The position numbers and the translations under genes were made by a program. A stretch of DNA of 63,766 nucleotides, the filler included, from Octopus bimaculoides (Eukaryota), in assembly GCF_001194135.2 (NCBI RefSeq). It is 5 parts of 5 records of this genome, joined end to end, with 100 filler letters (N's around TTAATTAATTAA, not from the genome) between each part and the next. Parts side by side here need not be neighbours in the genome. Positions count along the whole stretch, not along the records: positions 1 to 14,397 come from NC_069002.1; positions 14,498 to 45,989 come from NC_069005.1; 3 more parts are not named here. The stretch is one strand, 5' to 3'. The notes under the pieces are model-generated. The model was not told the origin of the DNA, ran no database searches, and worked only from the letters and a program-made list of their open reading frames with translations. This document shows positions 13,635 through 28,469 of the stretch, in pieces (the first letter of the stretch is position 1; every line of letters starts with the position of its first letter).

Positions 13635-14397
13635 TATACACACACATTTATACATATACACAAATATATATATATATATACACACACACATACACATACA
13701 TACATACACACACACACACACATATATAAATTAGAGATATTCAATCCAATAATTTATTTATATTACAATATTACATTAAATACTATGAATATAATATATA
13801 ACATAATATTATACAACATAAATAATTATAAAAACCATAAAAGGCCAACAAATTGTTTCGATTTAGATATTTTTTGTCTTCTGATATACATAATAACAGT
13901 TCCATTATATATATAGTCAACTTCAGCATCTTTGAATTTAGAAAAGGACGAAATTCCGTGTGAAAGGACGGCTGGATTGTAAAAATTAATTCAAATGTCT
14001 GTGTTATGAGCGTGAGCATTAACTATTTAATCAAACATCAATTACAATTAAAAAACAGCAAAAACATTTTAACGGACGATACAATCAAATATGTACAATC
14101 CACAACCATCGCAATTCACTTCATTACATCTCAAACACACACCAACTGGAACCCATTCAGGTCCAAGATAGTTGCTTATCATCACAGCATACAACAATAA
14201 AATATGTGTGTATATATAAATGTATACAATTAAGTATCTAAGTTTTCTCCTATGTATAACTGCATCAAAAAATATATAAACAATTCCATCTTCAACACAA
14301 CAACTCTTTTATCTATTTAAATTAGTTGGTATAAAAGAAAATTATCGTTTAAATTAACCAATAATAATCTTCTCTATTTATTATTTTCTCGGAGGGA

Positions 14398-14497
14398 NNN
14401 NNNNNNNNNNNNNNNNNNNNNNNNNNNNNNNNNNNNNNNNNTTAATTAATTAANNNNNNNNNNNNNNNNNNNNNNNNNNNNNNNNNNNNNNNNNNNN
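14398..14497. other. Assembly gap with embedded TTAATTAATTAA spacer (also 45990-46089, 56812-56911, 62334-62433). Plain gaps: 14980-14989, 44341-44698, 48449-49027, 52311-52765, 57915-58561
   Basis: Identical 12-mer centred in four 100-base N blocks. Confidence 0.95.
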
Positions 14498-14556
14498 TTA
14501 CTTAAAGCATATTTATAACCTCATATATATAATAATAATAATAGTAATTATATATG

Positions 14557-14601
<45 letters not shown>

Positions 14602-14937
14602 CGCTTGAAACAAGTAAAAAATAAGATGTAATGATTTATGTATATGACTACATGTGTATACAATATATATATCATATACATATATGTATATTCGTATATG
14701 GCTATATATGATTATATATGATTATATATGCATATGACTATATGTGTGTGTCTGGCTATATATGTATATGACATAGAAAAATGTGATTATGTATATATGA
14801 CATATAACTGATTATATGTCTATAACATATGTGGTACATAGTGATATATGTAAGGTATAATATACGATGGGAGATATATATATAGTGTGATATATGATGG
14901 ATATATATATATATATGGTATGATATATGATGGGATA

Positions 14938-14979
<42 letters not shown>

Positions 14980-14989
14980 NNNNNNNNNN

Positions 14990-15036
<47 letters not shown>

Positions 15037-15112
15037 GATATCTATATATATGGTATGTTATATGTTGGGATATATATGTGTATATATATATATCTATGGT
15101 TTGGTGTATGTT

Positions 15113-15154
<42 letters not shown>

Positions 15155-15434
15155 GTAATGATATATGATGGGGTATGTATGCATGCATGTGTGTGTGCAT
15201 GCACACTAACAGCTTTCAGTCATTCTTCTCTAATTCTATTTATTCAAAAACCCATTTATAATTAGCAATGGTCTCTGAAATTTGTGGCAGAAGTACATTT
15301 TGTTCTGAGATGTTTGTGTTTGCCTGTGCACATGCCTGCATGTGTGCATGTAGTGATGAAAGAAATGCAAGCAGATAGTTGTCAAATTTCTGTTGAATTA
15401 AAGTGAAATGCTGTTTTGTACATATACCTGTGAA

Positions 15435-15486
<52 letters not shown>

Positions 15487-15996
15487 TATAGATATTTATA
15501 TATAGATATATGTATATATCTGAATAGTAAATAGGCATTCATTTTTGAAAGATTTATTTCTAGAAAATGATGTTGACCGAGGCATTAAGTATTTAGAAGA
15601 TCTGCCTTGTGCAATTTTTCATAATTTAACCCATTCGGGCATTATACTAATTAGTAGTGTCCACATAAAATGGTGTGTGTGATGTCTATTTACTTTTGGT
15701 ATGTGTGTGTGTGTGTGTATATATACATATGTATATATGCACACAAATATATAAGCATATGTGTGTGTATGTAATACATTTCTAAACCAAGTGTTACTGA
15801 AGATGACATAATTTGTTTTGGTTAAGTCAAAAATATGACTTGCTGTGTAATGTAAGCAAGAGATTTACGGTTCAATTCTTCGTCTGTGGATTTGTTTTTT
15901 TGTTTTTTTTTTTCTGATATGAATTTGTTTACAAATGTATGCTTAATATTTTTTTATAACAAAATTTTAGTTACAATATCTGTATAACTATGTATA

Positions 15997-16053
<57 letters not shown>

Positions 16054-17231
16054 ATACACATCTGTATAAACATATGCATGTGTATATATTTGTGTTTATA
16101 TGCTCATCATGCATATATGTATATATGCTCATGTATGTACATCCATTTGCACATATATATATTCACACACACACATGTACATAGTAAATTGGATGAAGTA
16201 GTGTGCCATATTTTGGCCAGTGGGGGCTATCTTAATAAACCAAAATGTTTGGGTCATTTTGGAAAGAATGAATGAAGTATATGGAAAAGGACAAAGAGAA
16301 ACCCTTTCCCATTTTCTCTCTCAGATTCTGGTGAAAAATAAAATAAAAAATATTTAAAAAAATTTAACAATTGACAATTTAAAAAATATATAAATATATA
16401 TTTAAGAGAAAAATTATTTTATGTAAAAAAAAAATTAAAAAGTATAAATGCTGAAAAAAAATATATAATTATAAAAAAAACTAATTAGATTTTCTTCTGT
16501 AGATTCCTGGAGAAAGGAAGCTGAAAAAAAAAAAGATTTCATGTTTTCTCTACTCTTTTCTCTTTGTCTTTCGTCTTCTCTTTCCTTCTCTCTCAGTAAA
16601 GAAAGAGACAGAAATTTCCAATGTAAAAGTAGTTTCAATAATGTTAGAAATTGTTCGTTCCTCCAAAATAGCAAAACCTTCTGCATTTCCAGAAAGCAAA
16701 AAAATTTTTAAAAACTAAAAAAATGAAGGTTTAAACTTGAAAAAAAAATACAATTTAACCCCAGCTGTGATATTTTCTGCAATGCTGTTTTTTTTTTAAT
16801 TCTTTTTTTTCTTCTGTGAATTAAGTGAATTAATTAATACCAGTAAACAGACAGGTGAGAAAATAGACTTTCTGGTCATCCTCTGGACCAGAAACAGACA
16901 GGTGAGAGAGCAAATAAACTTTCTGGTGGCCCTCTGATATGGCTACAGAGAACTGAACTATTATTATTATTATTACCTTATGAGAAAATGAAGGATGGAA
17001 GCAAAAGAAAGAAAAAAAATTATTGGATGTCGTGTTGGTCATTAATTTATGAATGTATATTTGTTAATGAGTGATTCTGGCTTTGCTGGAGCACTGGCAT
17101 GAATTGGTGTGTTTGTGTGTGTGCATATTTAATCAGAGGATGTGAGTGTTTAACTACAGAAAGAAACCAAAAAAAAAAAAATCCTGAAAAATACAAAAAG
17201 AAAACATGAAAAGCTAATATATATATATGTA

Positions 17232-17266
<35 letters not shown>

Positions 17267-17273
17267 GTATATA

Positions 17274-17306
<33 letters not shown>

Positions 17307-18948
17307 ATTAAAAATTTATTCATGCATGGGGAAGTGTATACGGTGAAATTCGAGATGTATTTTAAGAGAAAAAGATATATAATAAAATTTAAATTTACTA
17401 ATTATATATATATATGTAAGCAAACAAGACATTTTATATTTATTTATATATTTATTTTATTTATTTGCTATTATCAGAGTGAATGTGAAGAACGAAAACA
17501 GGTTTATGTAATTTATTACCATTATTATTATTACTGTTAATAGCAATGGTTTGGCTGAATCGTTAAAGCGTCAGAAAATTATCTTGTATTTGTTTCAGCT
17601 CTTTATGTTGTAGGTTCAAATTCCACCAAGGTCAAGTTTGCCTTTCATCCCTCCTGGGTTGATAAAATAAAGTACCAATTAAGTACTTAGGTAAATAGTG
17701 ATGACTAGCCCCCCCCCCCCTTACCTTCAAAATTGCAAGCCTTGTACATAAATTAGAAACAATTACTGTTACTATTACTACCACTATTATTATTATTCAA
17801 GGCAGTGAGCTAGCAGAATCGTTGACATGCTGGACGAAATGCTTAGTGGTATTTCACCCATTGTTGTAGTCTGAGTTCAAATTCCGCCAAGGTTGATGTT
17901 TGCCTTTCATCCTTTCTGGGTTGATGAAAGAAGTACCAGTTGAGCACTGGGGTTCAATCAACTTAACCCCTCCCACAAAATTACTGGCCAAAAATTTGAA
18001 ACCATTATTATTGTTACTACTACTAAGGGTGGCAGAATCAGAAAATAAGTTCTGTGCAGTATTTGTTTCCTTACATTTTGAGTTCAAACCCTGTCAAAGT
18101 ACTAGAGGGACGGATGTAATTGACAAACCTCATTCCTTAAAAATTGCTGGCCTTGTGCCTAAATTAGAAACATTATTGGTAATAGATTGATAGTGTTGTC
18201 TAAAATGCCTTGTGGTATTTGTTTTGAGTTTAAATCCCACTAAGGTAGGCTTTGCCTTTCATCCTTCCAAATTAAAGGAGTTTGGAATAATGGACTTTTC
18301 CACTGCCTTCCCCCCTCAAAATATGAGGCCCTGTATTAATTCTTAACTTTTGTTATATGGAGGGGGGAGTGAAGACAGAATAGGTTGTTAAAAAGTTTGG
18401 GGTGGGTGGGCAAGGAAATAGGTTTTTGGTGGTGGGTGAAAAAGGTTAAAAAAAAACTAGTCCTAAAGATGAGCTTTCACCTGTGTGCTTTGACTTTTCT
18501 GTGTCTTTTTATGGCTCGTGTGTGTGTGTGTGTGTGAGTGATCCTTGGCAAGCTGACTGCTTTATAAACTAGTTTCCATCCTGGAAGCTTTAAATCAGAA
18601 TTGAAACAAGATTTATGAAGCTGTAAGCTAATGAATAATAAAGGGTATATATATATTTATACACACACACACACACCCTTTATGTATATATAATATACCT
18701 TTTATATACACACATACATAAACACAATGCACTTTCTTGTTCCTGTGGACACACACACACACACACATGCCTACATATTTAGAATTTCTGAGAATTATTA
18801 TACACTAAGTTTGGATTAGGGTTCTCATCTTGATTGTTGTAGTTATGTTTTAACCATTGCAGCCTCTACCTTCTTTGGGACAGCAGGAAAGAGCATTATA
18901 ATAGTTTAAATTGGGAGCACAAGTTAAATTCCTGAGCCAGTCAAACTG

Positions 18949-18981
<33 letters not shown>

Positions 18982-19339
18982 AATCTGGTTCAAGAGTAAC
19001 AAATAGCACCACAAATATTAAGAATAACTAATGGCGAATATCCCTTGTAAGGACAACTGAATGTAAACAATTGACCCTTATGGGGGTGGGTGCTTCTGCA
19101 AAAATGTAACTATAACAGTCAAAATGACACTTGTGTGTTCTACACATGTGCTCTGTCATATGTTGTTGTACAGTAAGTGCTTTAAAAAAAGAAAATCTTT
19201 ATGCAAATGCTATAAATTTTATTAAATAAAAACTGAACTTTGAGTTTTTATTTACATCAAATATTCAGAGTGTGTGTGTGTGTGTCTACACAAAGATATA
19301 ATTATATTGAATGCATTGAAATAGTTGCTATTCAATTTA

Positions 19340-20280
19340 GATGAACCTTACTTAAGAGCTGCCTGGAGGTGTCTTCACTTTGTTGGCCCTTGCTGACTCC
19401 TTGGACATTTTCTTCTGTCCTACCTGACTCTGAGCAGGAGACAAGATCCATCATTAGCTGAAGCTGTATTATGGACAACATATCAGTTGTTCCCTTCCAA
19501 GCTTCTAACAAACATTGAAATTAATATTTCATGCACTTTGTTGTGTTGTGACATTAATAGATTCCTATTTTTGTGTGCATCTAAATTTCATTTAAATATT
19601 ATTTTACAGTAATTTTGATTGGTTATCACAATTCAACTTATTTTCAAAAGTTTGTATAAGAACTTATCGGCATGTACATCACACACACACACACACACAC
19701 ACACATATAGGTAGAATCAACAAAAAAAAGTACTCCATCTAGTGACTGATAAATATCAATTTAAAACATGACTGAAAGAGCTACTAATAGTTTCATGCTT
19801 TTAGTTAAAGTATCATAAAAGCATGGAACTATTAGTAGCTCTTTTGGTTCTGTATCAAATTTGATTCCTTGCAGTGCATCATGTCATTGAGCAAGATTCT
19901 TTGTTTCATGGTGCTTCAGCTGGCAAAAATGAGTGGTACCTGTATTTCAAAGGGTCAGCCTTGTCACATCTTGTGTCACGCTGAATCTCCCTGAGAATTA
20001 CATTAATTTCATGTGCAGGATGTTCTACTGATTGGATCAAGTGGAACCCTCGTAACCAATGGAGTGCCTATTTTATCTATCAATATGTAGACACACACAC
20101 ACCTTGCCTCTTCTCTGTGTGTCCACAGCTGCTGCACACAGCCAGCCATGTTGTGTTAACCCCATCTTCAGAACTTTGACTGTGGACTGAAGTCAATGTT
20201 TTGAACAGACAGGCTGCTGTGAGCTTCATGTATTTCAATAGAACAAGGTGGAGTATTTACTTCTGAAAATCAAATTGGTT
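19340..20280 (-). mobile_element. Decayed RTE-like 3' remnants (19340-19510, 20090-20280)
   Basis: NIDFSPQS.ED..TWLAV..EKR and QLMMDL..GR resemble RTE C-terminal motifs. Confidence 0.4.
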
Positions 20281-21399
20281 TTTTTTGTTGTGTTTGTTTG
20301 TTTTTTTGTTTTTTTCTTTCTCTCTAAAAACAAAATAAAAATCGATATGTTCACACCTGCATACACCTAATTTTATGTGCATTTATGTGTGTGTGTGTTT
20401 TTACAATTTTCATCTTCAGGCAATTATGACTGCATAAAAAGCTTAAGCATTAGAGGTTCAAAGGAAAATATTAAAATGTTTAAAAAACAAAAAAAAAAAA
20501 AAACAGCAACCTGTCATCTTTCAAAGTTACAACCATTATTTCTTTATTTTGTTTCAGGTGATGAACAGCAACCTTCAGTTGCCATTCTTCATCTTTGTAA
20601 TTGTCTGTCTCTGTTTGCTTTCTTTCTTTCTATTCTCCCTTGGCATCTAAGTGTTTCCAGGTTATTAAATTTTTTTTTTTTTTTTTCAAATTGCTGCTGC
20701 TGCTGTTTGGCTCCCAGTCAGTCTTGACTGAAGCAAACTATGATCATAGGCATACTAACCATGACCATCTCCCAGGGTAATATTGACTGACAATATTTTT
20801 TTTTTGTTTTTTGTTTCAATCATTGAACTACAGCCATGCTGGGGCACTGCCTTGAAAGTGTTTGATCAAACAAGTCAACCCCAGGACTTATTTTAAGTCC
20901 TGTACTTATTCTAGTAGCATCTTCACCGAACCACTAAGTTACAGGTGATGTAAACAAACCAGCACTAGTTGTCAAGTCTTGTGGGGACAAACACAAAAGC
21001 ACACGTGTGTGTGCACACAGACACACGCACACATGTATGTATACACCATGGGCTTCCACAGTTTCTGTCTACCAAATTCACTTACAAGGCATTGGTCAGC
21101 CTGGACTGTAGAAGACACTTGCTCAAAGTGTCACCCACTGGGGACTGAACTCAGTTGCATATGCTTGCAAAGCAAATTTCTTAACATCATGGCTATGCTA
21201 AGTTGGGTTGTTGTTTTTTTTATCTTTGTATGACAGGACACAATTGATTTTGTGGGTCATGGTGGAATAGAAATAAATTGGAACCTGATTTTTTTTTTTT
21301 TTTTTTTTTAACTACTTAGGACTAATGGAACCATTTCCCAACAGTGTCATTCCTGGAATTTTGTTTTCACTATTTTTGACATTCTGTTTTGAGCAAAAT

Positions 21400-22800
21400 C
21401 TAGTGTTTGTTTTACCTCCAGTAAAACTTTCAGTAAACCTTGAGGAGTACATTTAACTGACTCCATAATATGCTTGTTAATCTGAAAATCTCTACCAGAT
21501 TAGGTGTTATCTGGAAGGAACCAGCTCACAGATTGACTTGATCTAGCTTGGTTCCATGTGGTGATGTCTTAGTTTCTTTGCACAAAATATCCACAACAAG
21601 AGCATCTTTTTGAGCCTCACTTATCACAAAACCAATTGTTGCCTTTGTGGTAGCACCAAGTGGATTTGTTGTTATAACCTGTTGTAATATTTCTGGCAAA
21701 AGAACATTCTCAAGCATTCTAGCCGTTCTTAGATTGGATACTACAGAATGAGCCCACAAATCCAAAGATTTGTTTTTTGGGGTTGGAGAAATCCTTTAAA
21801 TAAGGAGCATAGGATTCCTTACCTCCTTTCTCAGTTTCTGCAGGATTCTAATATCATTAACAACTATTTTAATGAGGACCAGCAGCATGATGTTGGTAAT
21901 GTGTTTCCCTGTGATTGATGCCAAGTGTCCTAAATCATGCAGAATGGGCCAATTTGCAAATCTCGATTGAACAGCACAGCTGACAGCTGCTATTAAACCC
22001 TAACCCTAACCCCAGTCTTCCAGGTAATCCTGGTTTACTGGGGATCCACTCTTGGCTGGTTCTTTTTGTGACTAAAAGGACCACCTTCACAATGATTTGG
22101 ATCTTAACACAGTTGTAAATTAATAAAGTTGATTCAGTTTATATGTAGGAATCATCTGATACATGGTGGCACACCAGAAAAAAATGCCCCCCAAGACAAT
22201 CTCCAGGGTTCAAGTTCCATCATGGAGTTCATGCATAAATGATATGGGTGATCTCAGAGCCCTAAAGAGGTCAACCATATGTATAATTGATCCATTTGTC
22301 CTTATAGTAATTCCAAAAGATTCCCGCACACCCAAACAAAGTTTCCGTAAATCCCTATATGGCTACTACCATGTAATCAATCTGACAGGGACTTCCTTCC
22401 AGAAGAGTAACTTTGATATGCTGTCCTAGTTTCGATAGGAAGGTCAGGTTTGCTGGGGTGATTGGCAAAATATACATTGGGGTATTTGCCTGGTGAGCCA
22501 GAAGTATCCACTGCTTGAAAGTTCCCTGCAACTGCACAAATTTTCACCATCCTTGAATAGCATAAAAATCAGTTGACACATAACTTTATGGATGTCTATG
22601 TAATGTTATGAAGGAGGTAGTTGATTGTGATTAGCCAAAAGGGTTTCGGCTGCATCAATAATTTAGTCATGCTCCCTTATTGATGCACGAAATATTTATC
22701 TTCCCTGGCTTCATTTCATTCTTCCATGTGATGGCAAATATGACCCAAAGAATGTTTTTTAAACAGCAGTAATTATACTAATGTAGTTTAAGACTGGTTT
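21400..22800 (-). mobile_element. Heavily decayed RTE-like LINE (RT region)
   Basis: Frameshifted remnants LFKDGE..NFQAVDTSGSPGK, LFGC, FMHELHDG, LWAHSVV. Confidence 0.6.
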
Positions 22801-24186
22801 ATTTTGATGGATTTGGTGGGCAAAGGGGAAAGATAAGCAAAAATACACTCACACACACAAACGTACACAAGCTGAGCACTGGCCCTCAATAGACTTTAAA
22901 GGGCTTCGGGAATGAGGCCTAATTGTGCGTATATACACTCACTCACTCTTAAAAGACTATCAGAGGTTAAGGAATACTGTAGGGATATGCATATGTATGT
23001 ATATAATCTCCACACACACGTGTGTGTAGATATGTTTACATGTAATATAAAATCAGCCAAATGTACAAATAATCAGATAACCCATGGAAGAGTATCTGAT
23101 TCTCAGTTAACTGAAAAATTTTTGTTTGGGGTGTTTTCCCTAAACAAAAATACATCACCACCACCAACTACAAACTAAACAGATGATTAACAAGCTATTT
23201 ATCCAAGGGCCCATTTCTCTTCCTATCTCTTTAAGGTTATATAAATTCTGTATATGTATGTGTGAAAAGGAGGCACCAATTATGAAATTGAAGTGCACAC
23301 ACACTTATATAGATAGAAAATCACAGACACTTTATTCTTGTTGATGGTAGCCATCCATGACCATCCTGTCATTTTAAAAGTATATCTAGGAATATATTAT
23401 CCAGCATGTCCATTCTTTTCCACCTAAATTTGGAAGAGGGGGGGGTTGGCTGTTTCCTAGTATGTGATCTTATAGGAACTAACTCCTCCTCATTTATTTA
23501 ATGTATCAGTTCTGCCTGGTTATTTTTGATTCCAGTCACAACCACATATAGCAGCAGCAGTACAAAAAAAAAAATTTTTTTTTTAAGACTTTCTGGATAG
23601 CCACCTTATTGTTTCCCCCCACCCCACCTACTCTAGCCAGGTTTGTTCTACATGTTATTTGTTGCCTACAATAATAATATTTGTTGTTTTGAATTTTTTC
23701 CCTCTCCTCCACCACCTTTATATTTTTTCATTGAATTTTTTTTTTTAAATCCTATCCCCTCTAAAAAATTTCAAATAAAAGGCAATATACTACTTGCTTA
23801 TACGTACATATGTATGTGTATATATATTGTGTATGTACATACACACTCACACACAATGCGTGGTGTGTGTGTGTAATTTCTGTTGACTTTATTTTTTAAT
23901 TTTTTTTTTTAAATACAATTCTGTGGGAACATTCAAATGTACAACAACTACAAGAAAAAGAAATCATTAAAAAATATATTGAAAAAAAAAGTGTTTAAAA
24001 AAAAAAAAATGGCAGCTGCCAACCTCAACTTAGCAGAACTGACTGAACTGATATCATGGTTACACAGGAAAGTGTACTCTGATATCTACATACATACTTC
24101 ACTTGCTATACATACGTATACACACACCACTTCTACACATGCTTTCCTTCCTCTTACAACATTACCAATCAAAAAAAGAAACCCCA

Positions 24187-24285
<99 letters not shown>

Positions 24286-24500
24286 ACATACATGTGTATA
24301 TGTACATGCATACATAATGGAACTTGCAGGTAAGATTATTAACTGTGAACATTTAATAAACAGCAAAAATTTCACCCGGAATTTTTTTCCCCCCTCCTTG
24401 CAACTTGATGGACAATTCTCCCTACCCCCCTTTTTAAAAAAAAAAAAAATCTGACTCCACATCAAGTCATTTGTACTTTTTGACTGTTTGTTCTGGACAG

Positions 24501-24578
24501 TTTTACCATTTTGCTTCAAGTGCTTCTGTTACTTCAAAACATGCCAGAAGCAGTCTCCCCCCTTCGATTACCAATGAG
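24501..24578 (+). CDS. Isolated candidate exon FYHFASSASVTSKHARSSLPPSITNE (phase 0-0)
   Basis: Acceptor tgtttgttctggacag|, consensus donor GAG|gtaagt, open frame; no partner exon identified. Confidence 0.2.
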
Positions 24579-24777
24579 GTAAGTTGTAAAAAGAATCCTT
24601 TGTCTCTTCTTCTATAACTGATCTCTCAGTATATATTTTCAGTTTCTGCCAGTTTTGTTTAGTTGTGATCCTCAGGGGCTTTGGTTTAAACTCCAGTCTA
24701 TCCTTTCAAACATGACATTAATCATTTTGATACTAACCCACCCGAAACCATCCTCGGTTCTGTTACACAAATCTCTT

Positions 24778-24991
24778 TTAATCTTTTAGCATTCAAACTG
24801 GCCATATCAGGCCCAAATATTCTACTTCTGACCAGATCAGGCCTCTCGCACCTACCTTACAATGTCACTTGTAAAATAAACAATTGCATCATCAAAATCT
24901 CAAAGCTCTGAGATAATGCATGATTAATTCAAAACAATGTAAATAAATAGGGATCACATTTGACAAAGTAATCTGAATGCTAATGGGTTAA
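24778..24991. mobile_element. piggyBac-type MITE; second copy 29924-30107
   Basis: TTAA at both ends; termini ttaa(c/t)c(c/t)tttagcattca / tgaatgctaa(a/t)gggttaa. Confidence 0.6.
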
Positions 24992-27974
24992 AAGTGATCT
25001 CAATGCAAACTTTTGATGTTTCATGTTAATTTATGTTCCAAACATCAACATTTGACAAAGTTATTTTACTAAATTTTTCATCATTTTCAAAATGAAATGA
25101 AACAAAGGCAGTGTCTTTTAACAGAAATACAATACTAAAAGGGTTGAATTTAATTTGCATTACTTGTGGTGCTTTATTAAGGGAGGAACGTGTACAAACT
25201 CCACACACTTCTCTTTTTATCCTCCTGGGGCAAACAAAAAATATAGGAAGAAAAACATAATCCTGGTTAATATACATTATTATTAAGGTGACAAGCTGGC
25301 AGAATCGTTAGCACAGCAGGAAAAATGCTTAGCAGTATTTTATCTGTGTTTATGTTCTTAGTTCAAATTCTACCAAAGTCAACTTTGTCTTTCATCCTTT
25401 CAAGGTCACTTAAATAAGTACCAGTTACACACTGAGGTCAATGTAATCAATTAGCCCCATTCCCCCACCTCTCCAGATTTCAGGCCTTGTGCCTATAGTA
25501 GAAAGGATTATTATTTTAAAGAGAGGAATTGACAGGATTAGGAAAATGATACCCTGCTGTTCAAGTCCTGCCTTTCATCCCTTCGGGGTTGATAAAATAA
25601 AATACCAATCGAATAATGGAGTCATTGGTATCGACTAACATCCTCTCCTATAAAAAAATCAGAAATTAATATCGTTAGCATGTTGGGTGAAATGCTTTCG
25701 TCTGTCTCTACGTTCTGAGTTCACACTCTTCAAAGGTCAACTTTACTTTTCATCCTATCAGGGTCAATAAAATAAGTACTATTTGAGCAGTGGGGTCAAT
25801 GTAATTGACTTATCCCTCCCCCTAAATTTGAAACTATTATTAGTAAGATGGTAAGTCAGCAGAACCATTAGCGCACTGAACAAAACGCTTGGCAGCATTT
25901 TGTCTGTCTTTACATTCTGAGTTCAAATTCCACCAAACTCAACTTCACCTTTCATTTTTGGGGGGATAGATGAAATAAGTACCAGTTGTGCACTGGGGTT
26001 GATGTAATTGACTAGCACCCAAAATTTCAAGCCTTGTACCTACAGTAGAAAGAATTGTGTAAAAAAAGTGCAGACTCTCTAACTGTGGAGGGAACCTGTA
26101 AAAGAGATAGACTCAGGAAGACATGGGACAAGATGGTGACTGTGATGTTTGGCAATTTGCTGTGCTTGAGAAGACTCATCAGGCCAAGTGAAATCCTAGT
26201 TGTAGCCTGTGCTGGTGACATGCAAAAGGCACCCACTACATTCTCAGGCTGGTGTTAGGAAGGACATCAAGCCATAGAAACCAAGCCAAAATCAAATCTG
26301 GAACCTGATGCAGCTCTCCAGCTTACCAGTTCCAGTCAATCTGTCTAACCCATGCCAGTATAGAAAGCAGATATTAAATAAGTGCCAGTTTTCCAAGTAT
26401 TGATTCAGTGAATGTGTGGTTTGGATAAGAAATTTACTTTGTAACTGTGAGGTTTTGAAGTCAGTCTTAATGTGCAGCTCCTCGGTATGTACTAGCTTTG
26501 GGTTAACCAAAGCCTTGGAGGTGAAATTCTGTAGATGGAAAGGTCATGGAGATCATCAAAGAGACTGTTCTAGTCCTTAAATGGTAGGCTTAATCTGTCA
26601 TCTGTTTAACACCACCACCTTGCCATTGGATATCTTTAGCAGAGTCTGCTCCATTGTAAGCATTCAGATCAGGCCTCAGGTCCAGCGGTAACTCTCTTCC
26701 CCGTAGTTTTGAGCTGACCAAAGCCTTATTAGTAATTTGTTAGACGAAAGCTGTAAGAAGCTCATCATGTATGTGTGCATGTTTGAGTCTCCTTGTTTTG
26801 ACATCACATGATGGTTGTATGCAAGCATCAACGTCATAAAAGTAGTGTCCTTCATTTCCAATCTGTGTAAACATGTCAGGCCATAGAGATATATTAGCTT
26901 GCTTAGAAATTCAGCCTCAGCGAAAAATGGATGTCGAAACAATAATGATGATGACAGTTGTAAAAGGGATTACATGAAATGTGAACTAACGCAAAAGGCT
27001 GGGAGTGCCAAGAGAATGGTTCGTTTCAGTTAGACACAAGAACACTTGCTTTTTGCATTCTTATTAAGTTACTATTGTTCATTTTATATTTTATAAGATG
27101 AATGACAAATGATACTCCTTTCTACTGAAATTTGTGTGTTGGGGGAGGTGCTAGTCTATTTCATCAACTCCAGCACTCACCTAGTACTTAGGTTATCAAC
27201 CCTGAAAGGATAAAAGAAAAGTCAACTTCAGCAACATTTGAACTCATAATTTAAAGCTTATCTAATGCTGTAACTATTCTACCAGCTTGGAAACTTGACC
27301 CCAGCTGGATTTGAACTCAGAATGTTAAATACTGAAGAAAATTCCCCTGGCATTTTCTCTGATGCTTTAATGTCCTAACTGTATTAAATAATATAATCCA
27401 TTCATAGATTTTTTTTTTCTTTATCTATTTCTTCCTTTGTATTTATTTAATTTGTTTTGCTTTTTTTTCTTTCTTTTATTCATTTTACAGAAGTTTATCT
27501 ACTTCAGAGACTTTGTTAACCCGTCTATAGAAATTTAACTACCCAAACAAAGATTTCCGATTCTTGGGCAATACAAGGAATTATGCAGTGCAGTGGCTTT
27601 GTTTGCAAGAGAGATACAGAGAGAGAAGAAGCATGATTTGAGGATGCCAGGCTGAAAACGGGAAGAGTGGCGGGAAAAGAGTCACGGTTGCTATTTTATT
27701 TTTTTTTTAAACCTCAAATGAAACTGAGCTGGCATCATAAACATACGGCAACTGAAATTTCAAACTTTAAAAGCAAGCTGTAACTCCATCCTGCCATATT
27801 TTATTTGCGATAAATCCCTCTGTCCTTTTTCTTTTTTTGGTTGGTTGCATGGTTGTTTAAGGGGACTGGCTAGAAGCTAAGAAAATCTCATTCCCACCCA
27901 TCCAGTCATTTTTGTTATATTTTGACATTATATGTTCTTATATGCAGAGAGGAAAATAAATTAAATTCACTTAC

Positions 27975-28100
27975 CATGAGGTCAACCACTCCGTTCTAGT
28001 GCCAGGAAGGCAGCGCATCTTAAGGGGAGACAACTCCTCTCAGTCTTAAGGGAGACAACTCAATCCCTTCCCTCCTCACTCCCAAAAAGAAAAAAAATTA
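27975..28100 (-). promoter_or_regulatory. Candidate first exon ending in ATG|GTAAGT (5'UTR plus start codon only); 5' boundary uncertain
   Basis: Consensus donor at 27974-27969 directly after ATG; local CpG enrichment at 27.6-28.0 kb; phase 0 fits exon 10182-10244. Confidence 0.3.
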
Positions 28101-28469
28101 CCAGAAACTTCTCAATAGCTTTTGATTTAAACCAAACAGAAAAAAAAAAAAAAAAAAAAAAGGAAATACCTTCATAGATATGGGTATTGAGTGAAGAGGG
28201 TAAATTATAAGATACCACAAAGAGAGCAGTACAATATTCTCTAAAATTGAGTTCTGCTCTTAATAATGTTTAAATCAAAGAGACATTACTGCAATGTCGG
28301 CAAAACATTATTTTCGTCAGTGAATTTGATTTTCTAATAGTTTCCCCAACATCAAAGAATATCAAATAAACTCTGAGGAATTAAAGAAATTGTGATCATT
28401 ATTTATTTATTTATTCATTCACTTATTTTAATGTACTGCTTTTGTTATCTCTCTTTTATTTACAAGGAA

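Noticed and set aside
14442-14453. TTAATTAATTAA recurring four times in the window
   Set aside because: Always centred in 100-base N blocks; an assembly spacer, not biology.
15563-15674. Plus-strand exon-like ENDVDRGIKYLEDLPCAIFHNL...
   Set aside because: Isolated, modest donor, no partner exons; the opposite strand weakly resembles CR1.
19349-19501. 153-nt phase 1-1 exon-like segment containing QLQL (DENN-like)
   Set aside because: Lacks the conserved DENN context; resembles an RTE 3' remnant.
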